64,000 nucleotides of DNA. It comes from a virus. The notes under the pieces are model-generated. The model was not told the origin of the DNA. It searched no databases and saw nothing but the letters and a program-made list of their open reading frames with translations. Shown here one piece after another: positions 28,358 to 37,300 of this stretch (within the stretch, counting starts at the first letter, position 1; each line of letters opens with the position of its first letter). The DNA is taken from the IMG/VR virus record IMGVR_UViG_3300050821_005343, positions 13,862 through 77,861 of that record; one strand, given 5' to 3'. The position numbers were made by a program, and so were the translations under genes.

Positions 28358-29151
28358 CAGAGATGCACCGGCGTTAAATCGTTAGTGAGGCCGCCAGTCG
28401 TGACGGTGAACGACCCGCTCCCTCCGAGCGTGTTCAGGCGGAACGTCGAAGCATTGCCTGACAGCATGACGGCCGGGTGCCCTAATGCGGCGATGGCTGT
28501 CGATGGATTGACTGGTGCACCGCTTGCGTCGATGAACAGCCTGCGTGTTTCGAGCGGGATGTCTCCGCCGCTCTCAAGAAAGGAAATCCCCGGCCAGAAT
28601 GAAAAGTCCGCCATTGAACCGAAATACGGATCGCTCTGTCCATCGTTGCCAACCCAAAATGGCAATCCGTTTGCCAATGGAATGACGTCCGTGTTCGTAT
28701 CTGTTGTAAAAAGATCAATGACTTGCGCGTTATTAACGTAGAGCTGAAAGAAATGGGGCGGAGCACCAGTACCTTCCACGCTCCCAATCACATGGCACCA
28801 CGCTCCAGCAATAAGAGTTGGGTTGCCACCAGTGTTGTATCCCACCTGTATCGATCCGCTCGTCTCTGCTGCGATGAAATTAAGTTGTTCTGGTGTCCCC
28901 TGAATAGCGAAGTTAGTCCTTACATGAAAATAGTTACCGCCATTGGCGGTCGGGTCAACCACGAAAGGAACGGAAAAGCTTAAATCAGATGATGTTGGCC
29001 TAAACCATCCGGCAAAGCTGACGAAGTTGTTGTCGGTGCTTGTGAGCGAAGAATTGACCAACGTCGTTGTGCCGCCGAAGGTGACGGCGTTAGCCTGATA
29101 AGTGACGCCAGAGTGTCTGCGGCGTTCGCTGGCGGTAATGCCGGGGATCAT
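28357..29151 (-). CDS. LamG/ConA-like tail fibre or receptor-binding protein
   Basis: SFAGWF..WCHVIGS..LYVN..FWVG..FGSMADF. Confidence 0.65.
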   Translation of the reverse strand: MIPGITASERRRHSGVTYQANAVTFGGTTTLVNSSLTSTDNNFVSFAGWFRPTSSDLSFSVPFVVDPTANGGNYFHVRTNFAIQGTPEQLNFIAAETSGSIQVGYNTGGNPTLIAGAWCHVIGSVEGTGAPPHFFQLYVNNAQVIDLFTTDTNTDVIPLANGLPFWVGNDGQSDPYFGSMADFSFWPGISFLESGGDIPLETRRLFIDASGAPVNPSTAIAALGHPAVMLSGNASTFRLNTLGGSGSFTVTTGGLTNDLTPVHL

Positions 29152-29152
29152 G

Positions 29153-29974
29153 CTATGCTCCGGATGTTGGCTCTAGGAGGCCGAACAGATCCCATTCGTC
29201 GGCGGCTACTTTCTTGATCGTGCAGGTCGCGCCCTCGGCCGCCGTCTCGTCAAGGAATCCGGTTACTCCGTTCAAGACTACGGGCGATGATCCAACAAAA
29301 CTGATTCCGGCTGCATTCGCCTGCCGAAAATGGATTTCAGTTCCGATTGAAAAATTGACAGACGTATCAGCAGGGATGTGTACCGTGCAGCCGCTGGAGT
29401 TGGTCAGTCGATTGTAGGTGCCCGCGTCGGTGAGTGCGGGTGTGAATGACGTCCCGGTTTTAGTCTGGACCGGAGAGCCTGCAGCGCCGGGGGGCTCCCA
29501 CGCCACGTCAAAGTCAGTTCCCGAAACCTTGGTCAGCACTTCGCCGGTAGAGCCGCCTGTCGGCAGCGCCTCGCTTGGGTTACTCAGCAACAGTCCGTAA
29601 AAGTCAGAGCCGCTGCCGTTGTTGGCTCCAGGATCGAAGGTTCCATCGCTGGTATGGCCGATGAGTACAAGGTAGGTTGATCCACCTTCAGTGATAATGT
29701 CATTGGCGCTATAGACGGTGTCGGGCGCCCAAGCGCCGCGGAACGTGAAGGTCGCAGTCGGCAGGGTGACTGCCGGAAGAAAGGTGCCGTCGGTGAGTCG
29801 GGTCTGAAGTTGGTTGTTCGAGACCACCGCCATACTGGCGACGCCAGCGCCGGTCGCTGCTTTGGCGTTGATCAGCCCAACGAGAGTGAAGAAGTTCTCG
29901 TCGATCTGCGCAGCCGCAAGGTCGCTGCCCTGGCCGCCGCCCCATGCGCCGGGGGTTCTGTAGATGACCGTCAT
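29153..29974 (-). CDS. tail fibre protein with CBM5/12-like motif
   Basis: AAQIDENF; RGAWAPDTVYSANDII..GSTY; LPTGGSTGEVLTK; C-terminal adaptor ending WDLFGLL. Confidence 0.7.
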   Translation of the reverse strand: MTVIYRTPGAWGGGQGSDLAAAQIDENFFTLVGLINAKAATGAGVASMAVVSNNQLQTRLTDGTFLPAVTLPTATFTFRGAWAPDTVYSANDIITEGGSTYLVLIGHTSDGTFDPGANNGSGSDFYGLLLSNPSEALPTGGSTGEVLTKVSGTDFDVAWEPPGAAGSPVQTKTGTSFTPALTDAGTYNRLTNSSGCTVHIPADTSVNFSIGTEIHFRQANAAGISFVGSSPVVLNGVTGFLDETAAEGATCTIKKVAADEWDLFGLLEPTSGA

Positions 29975-29996
29975 TTAGTTTCCCGTTAATGCTATT

Positions 29997-30049
29997 TTTA
30001 GCTTGACATGCAATCGCATTTGTGCGAGTGTGGCTTTGTTGAAACGGAG
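29997..30049 (+). promoter_or_regulatory. repeated moron promoter/RBS, copy 2
   Basis: TTTAGCTTGACATGCAATCGCATTTGTGCGAGTGTGG..TTGAAACGGAG. Confidence 0.75.
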
Positions 30050-30068
30050 TTGATGACGCGGGTCTAGG

Positions 30069-30272
30069 GTGAAGGAAGCTAAAGCAAGAGCTGAATTATA
30101 CCGCCGCTAACGCAAAGACTTCGTTTCAACATTGACCCAGACCGAGCAGGCAGACCAAATGCGCAAGCGCGCGAAACACAATCCTGATCACAACTGGCAC
30201 GTATTCGCATATTACGACCACTTATTGGCGCTTAGAGCCTCCGCCAAGGTAGTCAAATCCAAAATGACCTAG
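30069..30272 (+). pseudogene. decayed moron ORF
   Basis: 68-codon frame VKEAKARAELYRR*RKDFVST..KMT* with an in-frame TAA at 30108. Confidence 0.4.
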
Positions 30273-30916
30273 GTCTGTTCTATGGCGTTCACTACGTCCT
30301 CGTTCTTCGGGACGTAATCGGACAATTGCCCGTTGACGGTCGGCGGGCTTGGAGGCGGTTCTGTCGCCATAGACGCATCGAAGGTCGGCACGGCTGCCCA
30401 CAGCAGCTTGAAGTGGGTCGGAATCTCTGCCTGAAGAGACTGGCTTGTGTCCTGCTGACCCGCGATCAGGACCGGATAATATTCGTCCCAATCAACCGGC
30501 TTGCTCATGTCTAGCGAGGAAACGTCAGTATTGTGGACCGTCACGACGTCGGCCTTCCGAAGGTCATTCGTGGCGCCGTTCTTAAAGGCGTAGTTGGTAG
30601 CCTGCCCGTTAACTGAACTCGTCAACTTCATCTTCTCAATGATGTCGATATCAATGCTCTGCGTGCTGTCGTCGGGATTGGTGACGGTTAGCTTCGATGT
30701 TTTGCGTTGGGTGTTCGGGCCGTTGTCGCCTTTCCAACCATCGGCCCATTTAAGGACGTGGTTGGTGTCTTGGCCGCCTGTACGGAAGTCTAAATCTGCA
30801 TTGTCGATGCGCAGCACGTCCACCCAGACATCGCTGGTCGGGTCGTTGTTCTGGTAGATTCTGATTACGTGCGCCTTGCGGATTTGGTTGAGGAGGGGCA
30901 TAATCCGCCTTGACAT
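30269..30916 (-). CDS. tail-associated hypothetical protein
   Basis: Internal repeats RK..V....N.D.....D; located in the tail module. Confidence 0.6.
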   Translation of the reverse strand: MSRRIMPLLNQIRKAHVIRIYQNNDPTSDVWVDVLRIDNADLDFRTGGQDTNHVLKWADGWKGDNGPNTQRKTSKLTVTNPDDSTQSIDIDIIEKMKLTSSVNGQATNYAFKNGATNDLRKADVVTVHNTDVSSLDMSKPVDWDEYYPVLIAGQQDTSQSLQAEIPTHFKLLWAAVPTFDASMATEPPPSPPTVNGQLSDYVPKNEDVVNAIEQT

Positions 30917-30944
30917 TGATCTAAAAGTTGCGTACCAAGCCTCG

Positions 30945-31026
30945 GCGCGCTACGCACGGGTCCAACGCCTCATCCGCAGTGGTGAGCGTGAGCCCTGAGT
31001 GATCAGGGCTTGCCAGCGTAGCGCGC
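30945..31026 (+). ncRNA. putative structured small RNA (three-way junction)
   Basis: 11-bp outer stem GCGCGCTACGC/GCGTAGCGCGC; inner stems CGC(C)TCA/TGAGCG and AGCCCTGA-GTGA-TCAGGGCT; TTGACA at 30910; operator at 30928. Confidence 0.6.
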
Positions 31027-31027
31027 G

Positions 31028-31249
31028 CTAACCCGCCTGCTCAACCTCCACCGCCGCCTGATCACAGTAGAGCGATATGGTGCAGGAGAACGACGTGTTG
31101 AACGTCCGGACTGAGCCCACGGACGCCCCCTGCCCTGCCTTTACGATGATCGGCACTTGCGAGGACTGACCAGTCTGCGGCAGATAGAGGTCCGCAGGGG
31201 CGTTATTCGGAAGCTGGAAGAAGCGGACAAAGTCTTCTATTGCGGCCAT
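31028..31249 (-). CDS. small tail protein
   Basis: 73 aa, coupled to 31249. Confidence 0.55.
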   Translation of the reverse strand: MAAIEDFVRFFQLPNNAPADLYLPQTGQSSQVPIIVKAGQGASVGSVRTFNTSFSCTISLYCDQAAVEVEQAG

Positions 31250-33897
31250 TACGGAGACCCCGCCGCTTCAAGATTAATGGTCTGCGGCAACACCAGCTTC
31301 GTCGTCTGAAGCGTGTAAGCGGCCGAGAACGGGCCGTTGGTCAGTGGTCTCATGGCTAGTTCATACCAAGGTCCGGTTCCCTGCGCAGCGGCGTCGTCAA
31401 TTGCAGCTTGCACGGCGGGGAAGTTGGCCTCGGTATTGCTAATTGTGACTGAATTCTGTCCCGCCACGGTGATAGAAAAAGGAAATCCGTTGATCCCATC
31501 AAAGACTGCTTGCTGAAAGGCTTCCTCAATTACCAATGCTTCGGCGTCTAACGAGCCGTGGAATGTGCTGGTTAAGATCGCCTGATCAGCCGTGAGAGGA
31601 AACACCAGCCCATCGTCGGTTACCTGCGGGACTGGAGGCGTGTAGCCGACATCATCGGCCGCTGTAGCCAAAACCGCCCCAGTATAAGCCTGATATCCAG
31701 GCTGCGCGTAGCCAGTGCCCGCCGTGTATTGCGGCGTTCCGGCGGTGAACGAAAGATGGTCTCCGAGACCAATCGAGCAGCCGATTGTCACCTGCCCCTT
31801 GAAGACGGAGGTATCGCCATTGCCCAGGATCTTGTAGGCGATGACCTTGCCGCCGGCGACCCCACCTGGAATACGCGGGTCTGTTATCGTTGCGTTCACC
31901 CGGCATGACATAGTGACCATTTGCGACATGGGCGTTTCCCACGACGCCGTCACCGCACGCGCGCGCTTGCGCAACTTCGCCCTAGCGCGGCAGATCAGAT
32001 TTTCTCTGCTGATCTTTCCCCGATCAGTCGTAAAATAAGCGCTCGCCCCCGTGAACCCCGGCCAACCGCCGATGGGAAGATTTACCCGGCCTATGTTTGT
32101 CCATTTAACAGTGCCGTCGGTTGTCACCGACCCAGGCGTCTCATCGAAGGTTGTATGAAATTCCCCGGTCTGCCCCGCCTGGGTGGCGATATACATGAAC
32201 GCGCCGGTGGGGTTGGTGAAGGACTGGAAGGTCGCGGTGGCAGGATTGCCAGGACTGTCAACAGGGCCGCCGGCCATGCCGCCCTGAGTGCAGTCGAACA
32301 TCAGTCCGCCAGGAACCGAAAGCCCATGAGAGAAGAGGTCGAACTCCGAAACCAGCACGCCGACCGGAGGCCAACTGAGTAGGCCTGGAGCTATCAAGCT
32401 ATCCAGATCCTTGCCGATCATGGGCAACGGAACCAACAAAGTTCCAAGTCCAACATTGACTAGCCGGTTCCAATCTCCTGCCGACTCCGTTGGAGGAGTG
32501 CTTCCCAAGCTCGCCCAGATGACGCTGCCGTCGTTGGTCGTAGCCCCCGCGATATTTGAGAAGATGGGCTCAATGAGGCCCGCAGTACCCGCCTGAACCG
32601 CAATCTGTGTCGACGTCTGCCCTGGCACAAGCGGATTATCGGGAAAGACCATCTCGCCGAGCGAGACCGGCTGTCCAGCAACGCTCGACCAGTTTAGCAA
32701 AGTCAATTCAGGCAGCGAAAGATTGCTGCTCGAAAGCGTTATTTGCTCTGTGTCCTCCGTCACCAGCGGGTCGGTGATGATCGGCTGTACGTCAGATTGT
32801 AACGTAAGGAACATCCACTCAGCGCGCTTACGCTTGGCCTTATAGATGATGCTTAAGTGATAGCTGACATTCCAACTCGCCGCCGTCATCTCGACCCAGT
32901 GAACTTTCGCTGGGATGTTGATCGGCGCCGGATCACCATTGGCATCTACGGCATTGGGGTCGATGATGCCAACGACGTCTTGAAGGAATACGGTCTTGGT
33001 GATGCCGGGGATCTTAACGGCCGGATGGGAGTAGGAGAGCGACTGCGACATCACGTCGCCGTTATGATGGTGCTTCGCTAGATTCTGATAAGAAAATGTA
33101 TAGGCAACATTACCCAGCGTGCTCGCCAACCGGAGCAGGGAATCCGCGTTGGCAGCCCAGCCGACGCCGACCGTGTATCCGCCGCCCAGTCCAGACCCCG
33201 TCTTGGGCCAATCCGAAATAAAGCCCTCACCCGTGTATGTCGTCATAGCGCCGGAAGTAACGGGGAAATTACCCTCGTATTCCTGGTCCCAGGTGACATT
33301 GGCTGCGACATTGACCGCAATCAGGGGCGGCTGGTCGAGATGGACCTTGACGCTATCGTAGAACGCCGTTCCGCCGCCGAAGTTTATCGTCCCATCCTCG
33401 CCTATGAGGATGTCAGAGGCGGTTACATCCAGGCTAATGCGGTCGATGTGGTAGAGGGACGACCAACCTTCGAGGATGGTGTCAGGATCATCGCGCTTGG
33501 CTAGGGGAATCCATATGGGGTCGTAGTAAGGTGCGACTTTGAGTGTCTCGGCGACGAGTTGCTTGGCTTTAATGTAGTTGGTCGGCCGGGCGATGAATTT
33601 CATTTGCACGGTTTGATTGACTAGATCAGTTGGAACGCCAACTAGCCGGCCGAAGAATAGCGGCCAGACGTGCGACGTGGTCGGGTCTTCCCAGGCGAAC
33701 CATGCCCAAAAGAGTCGACCCGGATTAAGGAATCCCTCGAATGGATTGGGAACCGTGATCGTCAGAGTGGGAAAGTTGCCTTCTGTGTGCTCGATGACGA
33801 AATCAAAAATGTTCTCGTCCCACACCTCAAACTCTGATGACCAAATATTCTCAGTGGGTTCGACCCAGTGGAAGAAGAATGGACCAGCCACGGTCAC
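31249..33897 (-). CDS. tail tip / baseplate hub protein
   Basis: 882 aa after the distal tail gene; PLFFGRLVGVP; repeated AGT.G..P......G..T.DG.V.W motifs. Confidence 0.7.
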   Translation of the reverse strand: MTVAGPFFFHWVEPTENIWSSEFEVWDENIFDFVIEHTEGNFPTLTITVPNPFEGFLNPGRLFWAWFAWEDPTTSHVWPLFFGRLVGVPTDLVNQTVQMKFIARPTNYIKAKQLVAETLKVAPYYDPIWIPLAKRDDPDTILEGWSSLYHIDRISLDVTASDILIGEDGTINFGGGTAFYDSVKVHLDQPPLIAVNVAANVTWDQEYEGNFPVTSGAMTTYTGEGFISDWPKTGSGLGGGYTVGVGWAANADSLLRLASTLGNVAYTFSYQNLAKHHHNGDVMSQSLSYSHPAVKIPGITKTVFLQDVVGIIDPNAVDANGDPAPINIPAKVHWVEMTAASWNVSYHLSIIYKAKRKRAEWMFLTLQSDVQPIITDPLVTEDTEQITLSSSNLSLPELTLLNWSSVAGQPVSLGEMVFPDNPLVPGQTSTQIAVQAGTAGLIEPIFSNIAGATTNDGSVIWASLGSTPPTESAGDWNRLVNVGLGTLLVPLPMIGKDLDSLIAPGLLSWPPVGVLVSEFDLFSHGLSVPGGLMFDCTQGGMAGGPVDSPGNPATATFQSFTNPTGAFMYIATQAGQTGEFHTTFDETPGSVTTDGTVKWTNIGRVNLPIGGWPGFTGASAYFTTDRGKISRENLICRARAKLRKRARAVTASWETPMSQMVTMSCRVNATITDPRIPGGVAGGKVIAYKILGNGDTSVFKGQVTIGCSIGLGDHLSFTAGTPQYTAGTGYAQPGYQAYTGAVLATAADDVGYTPPVPQVTDDGLVFPLTADQAILTSTFHGSLDAEALVIEEAFQQAVFDGINGFPFSITVAGQNSVTISNTEANFPAVQAAIDDAAAQGTGPWYELAMRPLTNGPFSAAYTLQTTKLVLPQTINLEAAGSP

Positions 33898-34388
33898 ACT
33901 TCCTGCAAAACGACTTCCCAGCTATAGGTTGCTGGGTACTCCGCAAAGCTGTTCTTGATGTCCATTACCATCATGGTCAGGAGCGGACGATAGAAGGTGA
34001 AAGCCCCCTCGACATAGCTCGAGCCGGAGACTTCCGGGCGGGCGGGAGTTCCGCCTGTCAGGTAGTTCAACTCTGCAGCGCATGCGACGGAGATAATTTG
34101 CCCTAGCCATGCATCGTCCAGGGCTGGCGTCTCTACATCGCGGCATGTGACGACGCTTTGGTACTTGCGAAGCTGAACGGGAAACATGTTGATGAGGAAC
34201 CCGTTAATATCGCGTCGGATAAAGGTTCCTGCAGCCCGGCCGTCCCCGTTAACTGTGGCGATCGGCTCTAGGGTCTGCGTCACTCCTCGAGCGGCAAATG
34301 GCGTAAGAGTTAGTGCGTGGCCGCTTTCCGGCGCGAAACTAAGCAGCGTGACGGGAGGTAGGATACCAGGCGGCATCAGGAGCCCCAA
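33894..34388 (-). CDS. distal tail protein-like
   Basis: ARGVTQTLEPI..RRDING..RKYQS..FYRPLLTMMV..W...LQEV, directly after the tape measure. Confidence 0.65.
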   Translation of the reverse strand: MGLLMPPGILPPVTLLSFAPESGHALTLTPFAARGVTQTLEPIATVNGDGRAAGTFIRRDINGFLINMFPVQLRKYQSVVTCRDVETPALDDAWLGQIISVACAAELNYLTGGTPARPEVSGSSYVEGAFTFYRPLLTMMVMDIKNSFAEYPATYSWEVVLQEV

Positions 34389-37300
34389 CTCGGGGTTATG
34401 CCGGTCCTAGTCAGCTTGCTCGCTAGCGATGACTGACTCAGGCTAGACATCATGTCCTCGGTCATCATGGCTGGAACGATTCCCTTGTCAGTAGTGACGT
34501 CGAGCGCGTAATGACCGGCGAAGCTGGGGCTGTTGGATGACGAGCCGACTAGATTGCTTGCTAATAGCGGTGAATTGTCGCCCAGCATCATGCCGGAAGA
34601 GAAAGCGGACCTTTCTTGGCCTATTTGGCCTACTGCCTGCATCATGACCCCCCCAGACGGCGGAGGCGGGGAACTCCACGGAGAAACCATCATACCGCTC
34701 GCAGCAGCGGCGTTCTCTCCCATGATCTGTCCACCAGATAGGTAGGACGGGATCGACACCGACCCACCCGCAGCGAAGCCAGCCTCTTCTGTTGTCCTGC
34801 CAAGGTGATGGTTTAGACCAGCTGCGGTGCCTGCCTCCTCGGTAGTCTCGCCGAAGTAGCTAACCATTCCTCCGCCAGCAAAGCCGAGTCTCCCTTCATT
34901 GAAGGCGTGCATATTGTCGACGCCGACCTGGGCAACTCTATCGGCTTTGATCACGTATTCGCCGTTGGAGACCCACGGAGCGCTGATGCTATCGCTAGTT
35001 CCGGTTCCGGGGCCTTGGATGAGGCCGCCTTCTGCAAAACTAGGGGGGGGAGTCGGAGGGGGAGTCGGCGGAAGGAGTTCTAGATGTGAATAGAAATCAT
35101 GTTGTGGTTGCCTTTGCCCAGGTTCCCCGGAGGGTTCACCCATCCCCGGTACCTTACTCAACCATTTACCTTCGAAAGAGACCGGAGACGTAAGCTTTCC
35201 TACCTCCGGCAAAGTACCTTCATGCCATTTGCCTTCAAAAAAGACCGGAGATGCTTTTTTCCATGTCAATGGTGCAAAGTTTTGCCCTTCATCCCCCTTA
35301 TAAGCCTTGGCAAATTGTGCCTGCTCTTTTGGACTAAAGGGCAAGCTTTTATTATGGTGCGCGTATTCTGCTGAATCGAACCAGGGCGCTTCTAGATTGT
35401 TTTTGGAATACCACGTATTTTTACGGTCATCGCTCCAATAATCAAAACCTTGTGGCAAAATCGAATCGCGACTGCCTAGTCGGACATTTGGGTGGCTATC
35501 TATGCCGTGGGACGCCTTGCCTTGATCAGTTGAGGCTCCACTACCACCCCTTCCTGTCGCATCATCCCACCAAGAGCGCACGCCTGGTGCGAGGGCTATC
35601 CTGTCTTCCCAGCCCTCTGGAACACGGCCGGCGTTGGTTGCAAAATTTATCTTACCTTCCGGGAACTTCGCCGATGGCGGCTCACCACCATTAGACGCCC
35701 AATTTATGAATCCGTCTGAAGTATGGGGATTGGGAGACTTGTCCCACCAAGACTTAACACCTGGGGCTAGGGCAATCTTCTTTTCCCAGCCCTCTGGAAC
35801 ACGGCGGTCGTTAGATGCCCAGTTTATTGGGCCCTTTGGTCCTGGATGTTGATCAACAGTTGAATCCCACCAAGACTTGACGCCAGGTGCTAGAGCAATT
35901 TTGTGCTCCCAGCCTTCTGGAACGCGGCCGAAGTTAGAGGCCCAATTGATTCCGCCTACCCCAGTACCGTTCCCGATGCTCGACGGATGACTCGGCTGCG
36001 TTACGGTCGGCGGAGTTGCCGCCACTGATGGCGGCGCTGCGGGCGCGGATGCTTCGGACGACGTTCCAATCGGCTGCCCCTCTGCTAGGGGTGCTGGAAC
36101 TGAGGCGTGGATTCCACCAGTAGAGCCACCAGCCGACGCGGGATGCATGGGCATTAAGGCATGCACTTCGGCGGCGGCTTTAGGCGATAGAATTGTTAGG
36201 AGCGCCTCGTCGGCATTCTCGGGAACTTTGCCGGCATCAGAAGATAAGCTAAACTTTCTCGCCTCGGCTATTTTAGCAATGAACTCATCTGGCGATTTAA
36301 CAATCTCAGCCGCCAACTCGCCCAAATCAACGACGCCGCCTTCAGCGAAACCCTTGCGCTGGACATAGCCGCCATCAGCAAAGCTATCGGTCTTGTGGTG
36401 AGGATGATCCCACAAGTTAACGGCGTCTTGCGGGACCATGGTTGATGGGGCAGCGGGAGGATGTTCAAAAATCTTGGCGTCTGGTAAAATGCCACTGCTC
36501 GGCTGCACATCTCCTTCTGCGTAGGACGGACGGCCCTTGATATAGGCCATGGTTCTAGGCGACATTTCAGGGTCGGGGCAGTCCCCGTGTCCAGCGTCAA
36601 CCAAGCCGCCGTCGGCAAAGCCAACGCGACCAGCATTGAGGTCATCGAGCTTGTCTTTGCCGACTTGGGCTACGCGGGCTGCCTTGACGACATATTCGCC
36701 ATTGGACAACCACGGCGCGCGAATCGAGTCGCTGGTGCCGGTGCCCGGTCCGGTGATGTAGCCGCCGGAGGAATGACGTTCCCCAGTAGCGCTTCCGCCC
36801 GCGCTCTTAAGCGCCTGAGCCGCCTCTTTAAGTTGGCCCGCGGCATCCTTCAGGTAGCTTCCGTCCTCGCTTCCCTTGATGGCGGCATTCTTTAGGTCTT
36901 CAGCCGCACCCTTAAGTTCCGGTCCTGATTGCTGATTAAAAAGATCTCCGCCTTGCTGCTTGACGTCGCGCTCCTCAAGCGGCTTGGCAGATTGATTTAT
37001 CTCCCTTATCTGCCCAACAACAGCGTCAAGCCGGGACTGTAAAACGTCCGCCTGCTTCTGTTGCGGTTCTGTTAAAACAGCGCCGGGGGTCAGCCCCTTA
37101 GCGCGCATTTCCCCCGTGATATCTTCTCTTTGCTGCTGTAGCGCTGGGAGCTTGGCGTATAAGTCCTGAAGTGGTTTATCCTCACTAATGGCTTGGCGCA
37201 CACCTGGGGAGAATGCCTTGTCTACTGATATTGCTGCCGTATTAAGGGCTGTAGATAATGCGTCAGCCGATGCTGCAGCGCCGTCAAACGCCGCTTTGGC

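Noticed and set aside
27392-36000. Diversity-generating retroelement acting on tail genes
   Set aside because: No reverse transcriptase, and no template/variable repeat pair differing only at adenines. The tape measure repeats differ at all base types.
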